DNA of 64,000 nucleotides. It comes from Longimicrobiales bacterium (GTDB lineage: Bacteria; Gemmatimonadota; Gemmatimonadetes; Longimicrobiales; Gaopeijiaceae). Position numbers and translations under genes: made by a program. A model generated the notes under the pieces. It worked only from the letters and a program-made list of their open reading frames with translations, searched no databases and was not told where the DNA came from. Of this stretch, positions 40,650-52,184 are shown piece after piece. The stretch is taken from positions 640,001 to 704,000 of the forward strand of contig CBDAON010000004.1 in NCBI GenBank assembly GCA_965198065.1, in the 5' to 3' direction. How positions within the stretch are numbered: position 1 is the stretch's first letter; every line of letters starts with the position of its first letter.

Positions 40650-41378
40650 CTACTGCACCGCCTGCCGAAGCGCGGCAACCTCGGAAGCGTCGAGCTCCCT
40701 CCACTCGCCGGGCTGGAGGTCCCCGAGTCGGAGCGGTCCGAAAGCGACCCGCCGGAGCCTCCGCACCCGGTGCCCCACGGCCTCGAGGAGCCTGCGAACC
40801 TCGCGCTTCCTGCCCTCCCGGAGGACGAGCGACAGCACGGCCGCATCCGCGCCCGCACGCCGGATCACACGAACGGCCTCGGCCCGGGCGAATCCGTCCT
40901 CGAGCTCGACCCCCGCCTCGAGCGTCCCCAAAGTAGCCGGCTCGGGCACACCACTCACGAGCGCCCGGTACTCCCGGGCCACGCGGGAGGAGGGGTGTGT
41001 CAGCGCGTGGAGGAGGTCGCCCTCGTTCGTGAAGAGGAGGAGGCCTTCGGTGTCTCGATCCAGGCGACCCACGTACCTGAGGGACGCCTCGTCCCGATCC
41101 AGCAGCGAATAGACGGTCGGCCGCCCCTGGGGATCGTCCCGGGTCGTGAGCACCCCCCTTGGCTTGTTCAGGGCAACCCAGCGCAGCGGCTCGAGCCGTA
41201 CCTCCCGCCCATCGAGCTCGACGCGGTCCTGGTCGGGCTCGACCGTAACGCCGAGCGTGCGAACCGTTCGTCCGTTCACCCGGACCCTACCCTGGAGCAG
41301 GAGGTCGTCCGCCTCACGGCGGGACGCGGCCCCGGCCCGCGAGAGAAACTTGTTCAGCCGAATCCCTCGCGCGGTCAT
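40650..41378 (-). CDS. rluB: rRNA pseudouridine synthase (RsuA/RluB family)
   Basis: S4 domain RLNKFLS, LNKPRG, VGRLDRDTEGLLLFTN and EGRKREVRR; follows scpB. Confidence 0.9.
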   Translation of the reverse strand: MTARGIRLNKFLSRAGAASRREADDLLLQGRVRVNGRTVRTLGVTVEPDQDRVELDGREVRLEPLRWVALNKPRGVLTTRDDPQGRPTVYSLLDRDEASLRYVGRLDRDTEGLLLFTNEGDLLHALTHPSSRVAREYRALVSGVPEPATLGTLEAGVELEDGFARAEAVRVIRRAGADAAVLSLVLREGRKREVRRLLEAVGHRVRRLRRVAFGPLRLGDLQPGEWRELDASEVAALRQAVQ

Positions 41379-42061
41379 TCGTTCGGGGCGCCTCCCGGAG
41401 CGGGTGGGGCCTCGGGCCGACCGTTCGGACCCACGGCTTCGGCGGCCGTTCCGGACGCGACCTCGTCTTTGTCCACGTCCCGCGCATCGAACAGAGGGCC
41501 GTAGTCGGCGCGCTCGATCTCGCGCAGCGGTGCGGAGCGATCCCCAAGCACGATGGGGAGGTCCTCCGGGCGGGGCAGGTCCGCGAGCGACGCGAACCCG
41601 AAGTGCTCGAGGAACCGCCTCGTGGTCCCGTAGAGGAGCGGCCGGCCGATCCCCTCCGCCCGACCGACGGTCTCGATCATCCCACGGTCCTGGAGCGTGC
41701 GGATGACTCCGACGGCCCCGACGCCGCGAATGTACTCGATCTCGATCCGGTCGATGGGCTGGCGATAGGCGATGATGGCCAGCGTCTCGAGCGAGGGACC
41801 GGACAGGCGGGACGATCTCGGAACCGTGTCGAACCGCTCCAGGTAGGGTGCGAACTCCGGCCGGGTCAGGATCTGGTATCCATCCGCCACCTCAACGAGG
41901 TCGAACGCGCGCTCCTGTTCCTGATACTGTGACCGGAGGAGGCGCACGGCTTCCTCCACCGCGTCCTCGTCCAGAATCTCGTCCGCACGGGCGATCTCCT
42001 CTGCGCTGAGAGGAGCGTCGCTCGCGAAGAGCACGGCTTCCACGATCTGCTCGGTCCTCAC
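41375..42061 (-). CDS. scpB: SMC-Scp complex subunit ScpB
   Basis: VEAVLFAS, LETLAIIAYRQP, GRPLLYGTT..FL..FG..SL.DLP motifs. Confidence 0.96.
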   Translation of the reverse strand: MRTEQIVEAVLFASDAPLSAEEIARADEILDEDAVEEAVRLLRSQYQEQERAFDLVEVADGYQILTRPEFAPYLERFDTVPRSSRLSGPSLETLAIIAYRQPIDRIEIEYIRGVGAVGVIRTLQDRGMIETVGRAEGIGRPLLYGTTRRFLEHFGFASLADLPRPEDLPIVLGDRSAPLREIERADYGPLFDARDVDKDEVASGTAAEAVGPNGRPEAPPAPGGAPNE

Positions 42062-42909
42062 CCGGTTTCCCCGCTGGGGCTCGTCGAGTTCGCCGGGTCG
42101 GTCCGGCCGATCCCGGTCGCAGAGCCGTCGGCGATCGGCTCGCCGGACACGGGGGGCCCGGCCGGCTCCCCACCTTCCCCGTCCCGAACGTACATCCACA
42201 GCTCGTGGAACGGCGCCGTCTGTCTGAGCTGCAACTGCCTTCGCCGGGAGAGCTCGAGCCCGGCGAGGAACGTCATCACGCCGTGCATCTTCTCCTCGAA
42301 GCCGACCAGGAGCTTCCGAAACTCGATCCGGGTCACCCGCCGGAGCGTCTCGAGGATCAAGTCTACCTTCTCATCCACCGAGATCGGGCGCGCATGGATC
42401 CCGTGATCCCTAGCCCCAGGATCGGGGTCTCGAACGGCCAGCGCCGCCTCGAGCAACTCGTCCCACGTGGTATCGAGCGGGAGATCGGCCGCGGCGGGCG
42501 CCGGCCGAACCGGGAGGAATCCCTTACCGAACCGGCGGGCCCGCTCGGCCTCGCTCCGTTCCATTCGCTCGGTGATCTCTCGAATCTGCTCGTACTCGAG
42601 GAGACGCCGTACAAGCTCGGCCCTGGGGTCCTCTTCCTCTTCCCCCACGGGCTGGGGAAGGAGCATCTGCGCCTTGATGCGGACGAGCGTGGCGGCCATC
42701 TCCAGGAATTCGCCCGCCGACTCGAGATCCATCTCTCGGATCCCTTCGATCGCCGAGAGGAACTGATGGGTGATCCTCGCGATGGGGATGTCGAAGATGT
42801 CGATGTCCTGCCGGCGAATCAGGTGCAGGAGCAGGTCCATCGGCCCCTGGAACCGATCGATCTCCACCAGCAGAAGATCGCCGCGTTCGAGCGACGCGGC
42901 CGTGCTCAT
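42058..42909 (-). CDS. scpA: Segregation/condensation protein ScpA
   Basis: FQGPMDLLLHLI, MAATLVRIKAQMLLP, DPRAELVRRLLEY and TFLA.LEL motifs. Confidence 0.96.
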   Translation of the reverse strand: MSTAASLERGDLLLVEIDRFQGPMDLLLHLIRRQDIDIFDIPIARITHQFLSAIEGIREMDLESAGEFLEMAATLVRIKAQMLLPQPVGEEEEDPRAELVRRLLEYEQIREITERMERSEAERARRFGKGFLPVRPAPAAADLPLDTTWDELLEAALAVRDPDPGARDHGIHARPISVDEKVDLILETLRRVTRIEFRKLLVGFEEKMHGVMTFLAGLELSRRRQLQLRQTAPFHELWMYVRDGEGGEPAGPPVSGEPIADGSATGIGRTDPANSTSPSGETG

Positions 42910-43562
42910 ACTCTCCCCGTGAGCCCGAAGGAAGAGAAGAGGACCTCGGTCAGGAAGTTCACGGGAACCAGGATCAGGCCGAATCCTCCCGGGGCGAACC
43001 ACATGATCGCGAGCAATATCAGTATCCCGTACTGGCCGATGGCCTGGTACCCGGCCTGGAGCCCTTTGGGCAGCAGGTGGCGAACCACGTGCGAGCCGTC
43101 CAGCGGGGGGATCGGCACGAGATTGAAGATGGCGAGAATGAGATTGATGAACACGCCGAAGAACGAGACCGACATCGCGGTCCTGAGCGCGTCCGAGGCG
43201 TCCACCGGATCCACCAGGTAGGCCATGGGGACGATCATCAGCGTGAAGAAGACCGCCAGGAGCAGGTTCACCACGATGCCGGCCATGGAGACCCGGATGT
43301 CGCCCCAGACCGGGCTCCGGAAGTTCGCCGGATTCACGGGCACGGGCTTGGCCCACCCGAGTATCGCGCCGCTCCCGAAGTACGCGAGTGCCGCCGGAAC
43401 GAGGATCGACCCCACCGGGTCCAGGTGCGGAATGGGGTTCAGCGTGACTCGTCCCAGTCGATCGGCCGTGTCGTCTCCCTCTCTTCGCGCGACCCACGCG
43501 TGCGCGACCTCGTGGAGCACGATCGAGTAGAGGAGCACCGGAATGAGGAGGAGCCATTCCAT
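42906..43562 (-). CDS. Site-2 protease (M50) family membrane metalloprotease
   Basis: HEVAH, GWAKPVPVNP and FNLVPIPPLDG motifs. Confidence 0.95.
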   Translation of the reverse strand: MEWLLLIPVLLYSIVLHEVAHAWVARREGDDTADRLGRVTLNPIPHLDPVGSILVPAALAYFGSGAILGWAKPVPVNPANFRSPVWGDIRVSMAGIVVNLLLAVFFTLMIVPMAYLVDPVDASDALRTAMSVSFFGVFINLILAIFNLVPIPPLDGSHVVRHLLPKGLQAGYQAIGQYGILILLAIMWFAPGGFGLILVPVNFLTEVLFSSFGLTGRV

Positions 43563-43774
43563 GGGCCCCGAAGCTACCCCAACGCCCCGCCCGATACCAG
43601 GCTGGCCCTAGCGCTCTGCCCGGGATGCCGCCGCTCCGCCCGGGCTCCACCGCCCGGCGCGGGTGTGGCCATGATACGGAGTGTCTGCTGCCCGGCCCCG
43701 CCGTTGATCTCGGTGTCGTGCGCCCTTAGCTTGATGAGCTTTTTCAGCACCCGATTCGGAACGAAAGGCCGGGA

Positions 43775-44032
43775 ATGCCGAACCTGAAGAGTTCGAAGAA
43801 GCGGATGGTCCTGTCGCGAAAGCGAGAGGCCCGGAACCGCGCCGTGCGCTCGCAAATCCGGACGGCCGTGAATAAGGTCCGTCAAGCCGCCGACCCCGGG
43901 GAGGCCCAGGCCCGTCTCGGGGAAGTGATCTCGCTGCTGGATCGTGCGGGGCGCACCCGCCTCCTCCACCCGCGCCGGGTGGCCCGCCTGAAGAGCCAGC
44001 TCCAGCGGAGGGTGAACGCCCTCGAGGTCTGA
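43775..44032 (+). CDS. rpsT: 30S ribosomal protein S20
   Basis: MPNLKSSKKR...RNR..RS..RT...K, LDRA....LH....ARLKS pattern. Confidence 0.95.
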   Translation: MPNLKSSKKRMVLSRKREARNRAVRSQIRTAVNKVRQAADPGEAQARLGEVISLLDRAGRTRLLHPRRVARLKSQLQRRVNALEV

Positions 44033-44152
44033 GGCGGCCGCATCGTCCGCGCCCGTGATCTTGCGGTCAAGCCGATCGACACCCCGCCGTCGGCCCTACG
44101 GTCGCGCAAACGAGTTGCTTCGCGCTCCTCGTCGGCCCCCGCTCGAGTCCAG

Positions 44153-45481
44153 CTACTCGTCCGGTCCCAGCAGCTCGTGGACGACCCGGTCGCCCACGAG
44201 CGTCAGCACGGCCCGACCTTTGAGCTTCTCTCCGGTAAACGGGGTGTTCCGGCCCCGGGAGTGGAACGTGGCAGGGTCCACCACCCACTCCCAGCCCGGA
44301 TCGACCACGACCAGGTCGGCGGCGGCTCCCGGCTCCAGGGTTCCTGCCGGAAGCCCGAACGCCCGGGCGGGCTGAGTACTCATGCGCTCGACCAGCGTGA
44401 GTAGGTCGATCTTTTGGGTCTCCACGAGGTGCGTGATCATGAGGCCGAGGGCGGTCTCGAGCCCCACGATTCCGAAGGGAGCGTCGTCGAACGCCTGCTC
44501 TTTCTCGTCGTAGTGGTGCGGCGCATGGTCGGTCGCGAGCGTGTCCAGCGTCCCGTCCAAGAACCCCTGCTCGACGGCCGCCCGGTCTTCCTCGGTCCGG
44601 AGCGGAGGGTTCATCTTCGCGTCGGTCCGGTACCCGTCCACGGCAGAGTCGGTGAGAAGTAGGTGATGGGGGGTCGCCTCGGCGGTCACCCGAACGCCGC
44701 GCCCCTTGGCGCGACGGATGAGGTCCACCCCGAGGCGGGTGGATACGTGCTGGAGATGGATGTGCCCGCCGGTGAGCTCGGCCACTAGGAGGTCCCTGGC
44801 GATGTGCACGTCCTCGGCCGCATTCGGTGCTCCGTGGAGTCCCAGTCGCGCCGAGACGAACCCTTCGTTCATCACGCCGTTCCGGGACAGACCCACGTCC
44901 TCGGGGTGATCCGCTACCGGGATGCCGAACGCCTGGGAGTACGAGAGCGCCATGCGCATGAGCCCCGAGTCCATGACCGGGCTCCCATCGTCGGTGATCG
45001 CGACTGCGCCCGCTTCCACGAGCTCGCCGATCTCGGTGAGCTGCTCCCCTTTTCGTCCGAGCGAGACCGCCCCCACCGGATACACCCGGCTGAAGCCTGC
45101 CTGCTTCCCGGCCGCGGCCACGAAGCCCACCGTCGCGGGGGAGTCGGTCGGCGGATCAGTGTTGGGCATCGCGCAGATAGAGGTGAACCCGCCCGCCGCC
45201 GCGGCTCGCGCCCCCGTGGCGATGGTCTCCTTGTGCTCCGCCCCGGGCTCGCGCAGGTGCACGTGCACGTCCACTAGGCCGGGGAAGACCAGCCGCCCTC
45301 CGCACTCCACGACCTTCGCGGTCTCGGGCGCCTCGAGTCCGTCACCGACCTCGCCCACCACGCCCTTGGCCACGAGCACGTCGAGGATCCGGTCGAGCTT
45401 TTGGGCCGGATCCACGACCCGCCCCCCCCGAAAGAGGATGGGCCGCCCGCTCATCCGGCGCTCCGGCACGTTGGAGCTCAT
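44153..45481 (-). CDS. pyrC: Dihydroorotase
   Basis: [28 protein letters not shown] and NTPF motifs. ATGA overlap with pyrB. Confidence 0.96.
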   Translation of the reverse strand: MSSNVPERRMSGRPILFRGGRVVDPAQKLDRILDVLVAKGVVGEVGDGLEAPETAKVVECGGRLVFPGLVDVHVHLREPGAEHKETIATGARAAAAGGFTSICAMPNTDPPTDSPATVGFVAAAGKQAGFSRVYPVGAVSLGRKGEQLTEIGELVEAGAVAITDDGSPVMDSGLMRMALSYSQAFGIPVADHPEDVGLSRNGVMNEGFVSARLGLHGAPNAAEDVHIARDLLVAELTGGHIHLQHVSTRLGVDLIRRAKGRGVRVTAEATPHHLLLTDSAVDGYRTDAKMNPPLRTEEDRAAVEQGFLDGTLDTLATDHAPHHYDEKEQAFDDAPFGIVGLETALGLMITHLVETQKIDLLTLVERMSTQPARAFGLPAGTLEPGAAADLVVVDPGWEWVVDPATFHSRGRNTPFTGEKLKGRAVLTLVGDRVVHELLGPDE

Positions 45482-46452
45482 GCCACTTCTCCGCCCTGCT
45501 TCGCGGCCTCCGCTAGCTCCGGAGCACCGCCGGCCAGGAGATAGAGGACCGCCATCCGGACGGCGACTCCGTTCGTGACCTGCTTCAGGATCACGGAGTG
45601 CGGTCCGTCCGCCACGTCCGAGTCGATCTCGACCCCCCGGTTCATTGGCCCGGGATGGAGGACGAGCAGCTCGCTTGGCGCCCGGTCGAGCCTCTCGGCC
45701 GAGATCCCGTAGAAGCGGTTGTACTCCCGGAGCGACGGTACGAAGCCGCTCTTCATCCTCTCGAGTTGGAGGCGGAGAACGTTCAGCACGTCCGCCCACT
45801 CGATCGCTTCCTCCACGCGGCGAAAGACCCTGACCCCCAGCACCTCGATCCCGGTGGGGAGGAGCGTCATCGGACCGCAAACCCCGACGTCGGCTCCGAG
45901 CTTGAGCAACCCGAAGATGTTCGACCTCGCGACCCTGGAGTGGAGGATGTCTCCGATCACGCAGACCTTCAGGCCCTCGATCCTCCCCTTGTGATCCCGG
46001 ATCGTGAGAAGGTCAAGGAGGGCCTGCGTTGGGTGCTCGTGCGCCCCGTCACCGGCGTTCACCACGTTCGAGGGAATCCGCTCGGCCAGGAAGCGCGCGG
46101 CTCCCGACGAGTGGTGCCGAATCACGACCATGTCGATCCGCATCGCCTCGAGGTTGCGAGCCGTATCGACCAGAGACTCTCCCTTCACGACCGACGACCC
46201 GGAGGCCGCGATGTTCACCGTGTCCGCCGAGAGGCGCTTCTCCGCGAACTCGAACGAGATTCGCGTGCGGGTGGAGGGCTCCAGGAAGAGATTCACGATC
46301 GTCTTCCCGCGTAGGACGGGGACCTTTTTGATCCGCCGCTCGGAGATCTCCTTGAAGGGCTCAGCGGTGCTAAGAATAGTGAGAATCTGCTCGGCGGTGA
46401 GGTGCTCGAGCCCCACCAGGTCTTTCCCGAGGGAAGAGACCGTCGGGTTCAC
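45478..46452 (-). CDS. pyrB: Aspartate carbamoyltransferase catalytic subunit
   Basis: [25 protein letters not shown] and [11 protein letters not shown] motifs. Confidence 0.98.
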   Translation of the reverse strand: MNPTVSSLGKDLVGLEHLTAEQILTILSTAEPFKEISERRIKKVPVLRGKTIVNLFLEPSTRTRISFEFAEKRLSADTVNIAASGSSVVKGESLVDTARNLEAMRIDMVVIRHHSSGAARFLAERIPSNVVNAGDGAHEHPTQALLDLLTIRDHKGRIEGLKVCVIGDILHSRVARSNIFGLLKLGADVGVCGPMTLLPTGIEVLGVRVFRRVEEAIEWADVLNVLRLQLERMKSGFVPSLREYNRFYGISAERLDRAPSELLVLHPGPMNRGVEIDSDVADGPHSVILKQVTNGVAVRMAVLYLLAGGAPELAEAAKQGGEVA

Positions 46453-47009
46453 TTGGCCGCCGGAGTCAGGGGGGAGAGCTCCACGGCCAGGCGGCCGTCC
46501 ACCTCGGGGACGCGCACGTCCACTTTCTGATCAGGAGGGGCGCTCACCCGGCGTCCGACGATGTCGGGCTGGATGGGAAGCTCGCGGCCCCCGCGATCGA
46601 CCAGCACGCAGAAGAGAATCCGGGAGGGACGTCCCCAGTCTATGAGCTCGTTCAGGGCGGCGCGGGCCGTACGGCCAGTGAACAGGACATCGTCTACGAT
46701 TACGACGGTGCGGTCGTCCACGCCCTCCATGGGAAGGCTGGACTCTCCCACCACGGGTCTGGGGCCCACGGCGGCCAGATCGTCACGGTAGAGGGTGATG
46801 TCCAGGGCGCCCGTGGCGATCGGCGTGCCCTCCTCCTTCTCGATCCGGGTACGCAGCCGGTCAGCGAGCTCGACGCCTCGTCTCTGGATCCCCAGGAGGA
46901 CCAGCCCCTTTGCTCCCTCGTTTCGCTCCACGATCTCGCGGGCCATCCGGGCCAAAACGCGCTCGACGGCTTGTTGATCCAGCAGAGTGACCGGTCCGCT
47001 TGTGGTCAT
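46449..47009 (-). CDS. pyrR: Bifunctional PyrR / uracil phosphoribosyltransferase
   Basis: [24 protein letters not shown] and [12 protein letters not shown] motifs. Confidence 0.96.
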   Translation of the reverse strand: MTTSGPVTLLDQQAVERVLARMAREIVERNEGAKGLVLLGIQRRGVELADRLRTRIEKEEGTPIATGALDITLYRDDLAAVGPRPVVGESSLPMEGVDDRTVVIVDDVLFTGRTARAALNELIDWGRPSRILFCVLVDRGGRELPIQPDIVGRRVSAPPDQKVDVRVPEVDGRLAVELSPLTPAAK

Positions 47010-47143
47010 CGCCCGGAGAACCTCGGCGCTCGAGGGGCGTTTTCGGAGCCGCGGAAAGCTAGTGGCCACCCCCGGAAGTTTCCAGGCCGAAAGCCCGCTC
47101 GCCGCCTTTACATTCACCACCCCCGGGCACATGATGTCGGCTC

Positions 47144-49078
47144 ATGACGAGACGTTCCCTCCTGCTCCTCGCCGCCTGGCTGGGAGGGACGTCCCTTCCG
47201 GCCCCCCTGGCCGCACAGGCCGTAGAGGACGGACCCCAGGTGTTCGTGGGAGGGGTGCCGTTCTCCCTCACCCTGGTGGGGGTCCCGGGAGCCGAGCTCC
47301 CCTTCCAGATCGAGACCTCGGGGGGCGAGACCCTCGCGGCCGGCGCCCTCGAGCCGGGGGAGACCCGGGTCGTGCCCGACCTCGTCGTCCGGGGCCGCGC
47401 CGATCTTCCCCTGACGGCTCTCCTGGGACCCGATCCGGTGGAGGTGTCGGGCCCCTACGTTCCGGGCTGGTTCTCCCTCCTCCCACCCATCGTCGCGATT
47501 GCCCTCGCCCTGGCACTTGGTGAGGTCATCGTCTCGCTCTTCGCGGGGGTCTGGCTGGGGGCCCTCGCGGTGTCGGGATTCGATCCCCTCCGGGCGATCT
47601 GGCGAGTGGTCGACGAGCTCGCGGTACCCGCTCTGGGAGACACCGGGGGCCAGACCCAGATCGTCGTCTTCTCCCTCCTCCTCGGCGGCATGGTCGGGAT
47701 TGTGTCCCGAAACGCAGGCACGCGGGGAATCGTGAACCTCGTGGTGGGCTGGGCGACCACGAGACGGAGGGGGAAGCTCGGCACATGGGGCGCCGGTCTC
47801 GCGATCTTCTTCGACGATTACGCGAACACGCTCATCGTGGGGAACTCGATGAGGCCGATCACGGATCGCCTGCGGATCTCCAGGGAAAAGCTCGCTTACC
47901 TGGTGGACTCCACGGCTGCATCGGTCGCCGCGATCGTTCCGATCTCCACCTGGGTGGGATACGAGATCTCGCTCATCGCGGATGGGCTACAGATCGCGGC
48001 CGAGCAGGCTCCTACTCCTGAGCTGGCTCAGGCGCTTCTCGACGCGTCCCCGCTCGTGATCTTTCTCCAGACGATCCCCTATCGGTTCTATCCGCTCCTC
48101 GCCCTCTTCCTGGCCTTCCTCACCTCCTGGACGGGTCGTGACTTCGGCCCGATGGCGGACGCGGAGCGTCGGGCCGCGGCCGGACGGGGCCTCGTACGAC
48201 AGGGTGCCTCGCTGGCAGCCGATACCTCGGGCGAGCAGATGTCTCCACCCCAGGGGGCGCCGGAGCGCTGGTGGAACGCAGCGCTTCCGGTCCTCGCGGT
48301 GATGCTGGTCGTCCTCGGGGGCCTTTACACTACGGGGCGCGCTGCTGTGGGGAGCGAGGCGTCCCTCACGGACGTGTTCGGGGCCGCCGACCCTTTCGTG
48401 ACCCTTCTCTGGGGCTCGCTCGCCGGGTGCGTGGTCGCCGCCGTTCTCTCCGTGGGCCAGCGGATCCTCTCGCTCAAGGACACGATCGCGGCTTGGGTGG
48501 CCGGCATGCGGGCGATGGTCTTTCCGCTCGTCATCTTGGTGCTGGCCTGGTCCCTGGCCGCCGTCACGGAGATCCTGGGCACGGCACCCTATCTCGCGCA
48601 GGTGCTGAGCGACCGGGTGCCGCTGGGCCTCCTCCCCGCGCTCGTGTTCGTCACCGCGGCCGGCATCTCGTTCGCGACCGGGACGTCCTGGGGCACGATG
48701 GCGATCCTGCTCCCGCTCGTGGTGCCGCTCACCGTGAACCTGGGGGGTGCGGCCGGGTTCGACGGGAGCGGCGAGTATACGATCCTGCTCGGCACGATCT
48801 CGTCGGTCCTGGCGGGGGCGATCTTCGGCGACCACTGCTCGCCGATCTCCGACACGACCGTTCTGTCCTCCATGGCGAGCGCGTGCGACCACGTGGATCA
48901 CGTGCGCACCCAACTCCCGTACGCGATCGGCATCGCCGCCCTGACGGTCCCCATCGGGGACGTGGGAACGGCCTACGGACTCCCGAGCTGGGTCGCGCTC
49001 CCCGTGATGGCCGCCCTGGCGTGGCTCTTCCTGCGCTGGCGCGGAAGCGTGGCGGACGAAGAAGGCGCCCGGGCCTGA
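47144..49078 (+). CDS. Na+/H+ antiporter NhaC-family transporter with N-terminal exported extension
   Basis: IFFDDYAN, SREKLAYLVDSTA, FATGTSWGT, GDHCSPISDTT.LSS and HV.TQLPY motifs. Confidence 0.9.
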   Translation: MTRRSLLLLAAWLGGTSLPAPLAAQAVEDGPQVFVGGVPFSLTLVGVPGAELPFQIETSGGETLAAGALEPGETRVVPDLVVRGRADLPLTALLGPDPVEVSGPYVPGWFSLLPPIVAIALALALGEVIVSLFAGVWLGALAVSGFDPLRAIWRVVDELAVPALGDTGGQTQIVVFSLLLGGMVGIVSRNAGTRGIVNLVVGWATTRRRGKLGTWGAGLAIFFDDYANTLIVGNSMRPITDRLRISREKLAYLVDSTAASVAAIVPISTWVGYEISLIADGLQIAAEQAPTPELAQALLDASPLVIFLQTIPYRFYPLLALFLAFLTSWTGRDFGPMADAERRAAAGRGLVRQGASLAADTSGEQMSPPQGAPERWWNAALPVLAVMLVVLGGLYTTGRAAVGSEASLTDVFGAADPFVTLLWGSLAGCVVAAVLSVGQRILSLKDTIAAWVAGMRAMVFPLVILVLAWSLAAVTEILGTAPYLAQVLSDRVPLGLLPALVFVTAAGISFATGTSWGTMAILLPLVVPLTVNLGGAAGFDGSGEYTILLGTISSVLAGAIFGDHCSPISDTTVLSSMASACDHVDHVRTQLPYAIGIAALTVPIGDVGTAYGLPSWVALPVMAALAWLFLRWRGSVADEEGARA

Positions 49079-49222
49079 GGACCCGCGCCCCACCCCCTTC
49101 CCCATTCGACGGCCGCGGAGCGAACCGGCCGATCCCGCGACCGAAGCGTCACCCGCTGCACCGCCAGCTGCCGAGCTCTCCCACGAGCAGGACGTTGGTG
49201 TTCCGGCAGTCGATCGCGTTCG

Positions 49223-50983
49223 TCACTCGCGGATCTTCACAACGGTTGCGGCCAGGACCATGGCCAGCACGGCGAGGGTGATGACTCCCGCGTTCAACCC
49301 CACCCCGTTCACCCAGATGAAGGCCAGCGATCCCGTCAGGAGTAAATAGTACACCATCGGGAAGACCGTCTGCCGGAGCAGGAGTCCCTCCTTCCCCATC
49401 AGCCCCACCGTCGCGGCGGCCGCGACGACGTTGTGCACCGTAATCATGTTCCCCGCTGCGCCACCCACCGCCTGAACCGCCACCACCACCTCCGGAATCG
49501 CGTCGATTCTCTGCGCGGTCGCAAACTGGAAGAGTGAGAACGTCAGATTGCTCACCGTGTTGCTCCCCGCAATGAACGCCCCCAGCGCACCGATCCAGGG
49601 CGCGAACAGCGGCCATGCGTTCCCCGCCAAGGACGCCGCTCCCTCCGCCAGGGTGATCGGCATGCTTGCAAGCCCCGACGCATTGAATCCCTCCCCGGAA
49701 TTGATGAACACCCGCACGAGCGGCAAGGCGAACAGGAGCGCCACTGCCGCCCCCGCGATCTGGCCTCCGGCCACCCGCCACGACTGCTTGATCTCGTCCC
49801 GCTTCATCGCGTGAATGAAGTACGTGGCCCCGATCACCAGGAGGAACATGAACCCCGGAAGGTACACCGGCTGGAGTGCTCCCGTGATCGGAGTCCCGAA
49901 AATGTTCGGCCACTCCCACCTCACACCGGCCAGTCTCGGCTGGAGCCCCAGGCTCGGAATCCGCGTTAGAACCAACACCAGGGCCACCAGCAGGTAGGGA
50001 ACCCACGCCCGAACGATCCCCATCTCCGATTGGCCGTCGTGGGCGGTCTCCTTTTCCGGGTCCACGTTGCCCATCCAGTCCGCGCCCCATGCCGACCGTG
50101 GACCAAAATCCCACGTCTCCTTCGGCATCAGAAACCCCTTCTGCGCTGCGAAGGTCACCACGCCCAGCCCAATCAGTCCCCCCAGGAGCGCCGGAAATTC
50201 GGGCCCCAAAACCAGGGCTACCGCGACGTACGGAATCGTCATCGCAAACGCCGCAAAGAGCGCGAACTTCCACACCTTCAATCCCTCTCCGAAACTCCGC
50301 TTCTCCCCGTAGAACCCCGTCAGCATGCACGCCACGAAGAGCGGTATCAGCGTGCCCGCCGCAGCGTGCATCACCGCGACACGCACGGCGATGTGCGCCA
50401 GGTACTCCTGAAACGTAAACCCCATCGCCGCTACCTGAGACACGACGGCCGGCACACCCGTCAGCCCCCCGGACACGCCCACCAGGATCGGCGTCCCGAC
50501 CGCCCCGAAGCTCACCGGGGTGCTCTGGATCACGAGTCCCACCATCACCGCTGCCATCGCCGGGAACCCCAGCGCCAGCATAAGGGGGGCTGCGACCGCG
50601 GCAGGCGTCCCGAAACCCGAGGCCCCCTCGATGAAGCTCCCGAAGAGCCACCCGATGATGATGGCCTGCACTCTCCGGTCCGGGCTGATCCGCGTAAACG
50701 CCGCGCGGATCGTCCGAATCGCTCCACTAGCGGTCAACGTCGCGAGCAGCAACAAGGCCCCGAAGATGATGTACAAGAGCCCTGTCGCAATGATGAGTCC
50801 CTCCACGCTCGCGGCCGCGATGTTCACCCACTCGATGTTCCACACGAGGACCGCAATCACCACCACGATCACGTATCCCACCGGCATCGCCCATTTCGCC
50901 GGCCACCGGAATCCCACCAACAGCACCCCGACTGCCAGGAGCGGGGCGAGGGCTAGCAAGCTCTGTACGGCTAGATTGTCCAC
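49223..50983 (-). CDS. lctP: L-lactate permease (LctP family)
   Basis: [35 protein letters not shown] and GGAAGNM motifs. GAGGAGG precedes the GTG start. Confidence 0.92.
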   Translation of the reverse strand: MDNLAVQSLLALAPLLAVGVLLVGFRWPAKWAMPVGYVIVVVIAVLVWNIEWVNIAAASVEGLIIATGLLYIIFGALLLLATLTASGAIRTIRAAFTRISPDRRVQAIIIGWLFGSFIEGASGFGTPAAVAAPLMLALGFPAMAAVMVGLVIQSTPVSFGAVGTPILVGVSGGLTGVPAVVSQVAAMGFTFQEYLAHIAVRVAVMHAAAGTLIPLFVACMLTGFYGEKRSFGEGLKVWKFALFAAFAMTIPYVAVALVLGPEFPALLGGLIGLGVVTFAAQKGFLMPKETWDFGPRSAWGADWMGNVDPEKETAHDGQSEMGIVRAWVPYLLVALVLVLTRIPSLGLQPRLAGVRWEWPNIFGTPITGALQPVYLPGFMFLLVIGATYFIHAMKRDEIKQSWRVAGGQIAGAAVALLFALPLVRVFINSGEGFNASGLASMPITLAEGAASLAGNAWPLFAPWIGALGAFIAGSNTVSNLTFSLFQFATAQRIDAIPEVVVAVQAVGGAAGNMITVHNVVAAAATVGLMGKEGLLLRQTVFPMVYYLLLTGSLAFIWVNGVGLNAGVITLAVLAMVLAATVVKIRE

Positions 50984-51263
50984 GTGTCCCTCCTCGTTCG
51001 TCGCGGGGTGGGAACCCGCGACGTGCTTCCCTCGTCTGCACGCGACCGTGGCCGGGAACGGCAGCCCGGATGCTCCAGCGCTCAAACGGCGCCGCTGAAA
51101 CTAAGGGTGACCGGCACAGGACGCACGGTCTACTTCGCAGCGGGGCTCGCCCTCCACTTTCTTGAGTTCCTGCACGGGAACGGGACGCGGCGCGCTGTCG
51201 AAAGCGCCGGGTCGGTCCTGGCCGCGCTGATCGGACTCCGAGGCCCCTGATCGACCTCCTTCC

Positions 51264-51932
51264 CTAATCGACCTTCGTATAGACGACGAAGAACTTGTCG
51301 TCGAAGACGTCGAATTCCCGCGTCCGAACGAATCCTGCGATCGTCATCCACTGGTCCACCTGGTCCGGACCGATCAGCATCTCCGGCTGGTTCGAGTGTG
51401 GAACGCCCTCGACGTTCATGTCGTAGTCCACCACGATGATCCGGCTGCGCGGAGCCATGTAGCCGGCAAGGGTGCGGAGGTATCCCTGCCGGCCTTCGAT
51501 GTGGTGGAGCACGTCGTGGAAGAAGGCCACGTCCACGTCCAGACGAGGGAGCCTCGGGTCCCCGAACTCGCCCACAACGGGCACCACGTTCGACACCCCA
51601 CCCTCGCGGGCCTTCTCCGCGATCATGGGGAGGAAGCCCGCGTCCACTTCCACGGCGAGCACTGTGCCCGCCGGCCCCACGGCGAGGGCCATGGGAACGG
51701 AGAAGACTCCGGTTCCCGCACCGATGTCGGCCACCACGTCGCCGGCCTGGAGCCCCAGGAGGGACACGACCCGCTCGATCTCGAGGCTCTGGAGACGCCG
51801 ACCGCTCTCGAGTGTAACCGCCCATTGGCCGGCCGGCCGACTTCCGAGCTGGGCAGAAGCGCCGTCCGAGGCGCCGAGCAGGGTGAGCATGACGAACGAC
51901 ACGGCGATGTCGGCTCGCGCGAGACCTCGCAT
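51264..51932 (-). CDS. Exported class I SAM-dependent methyltransferase
   Basis: Signal-like N-terminus, VADIGAGTG motif I, AVEVD and DVLHH. Confidence 0.85.
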   Translation of the reverse strand: MRGLARADIAVSFVMLTLLGASDGASAQLGSRPAGQWAVTLESGRRLQSLEIERVVSLLGLQAGDVVADIGAGTGVFSVPMALAVGPAGTVLAVEVDAGFLPMIAEKAREGGVSNVVPVVGEFGDPRLPRLDVDVAFFHDVLHHIEGRQGYLRTLAGYMAPRSRIIVVDYDMNVEGVPHSNQPEMLIGPDQVDQWMTIAGFVRTREFDVFDDKFFVVYTKVD

Positions 51933-52149
51933 CGAATGCCTCCTTCCTCACATGGGGGCCGCCAAACGGGAGCTCTTGCCTCACGTCTTCTGCCCGGGCG
52001 ACCCCACCGAACCTGTCGCTTGGCAGCGAAGATTGGCCCCCCGGGCACCTGTGGTCAAATGCGCGAGGCGCTGCGGACGGGCTCCGGACAAGCCCGCACA
52101 TTGCTGGAGAGACGTCCGACGAGACTCGTCGCAAGAGGCGCGGGTTTCC

Positions 52150-52178
52150 TTGCCGCTCGCCAACGGCCCTCCTACTGT
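52150..52178 (+). promoter_or_regulatory. Sigma70-like promoter, probably leaderless, for the acyl-CoA synthetase
   Basis: TTGCCG-17 nt-TACTGT, with the ATG 6 nt downstream and no RBS. Confidence 0.55.
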
Positions 52179-52184
52179 CGGGCG

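Noticed and set aside
47010..47143. PyrR-binding attenuator upstream of pyrRBC
   Set aside because: No recognisable PyrR-binding loop motif or U-tailed terminator in the leader.
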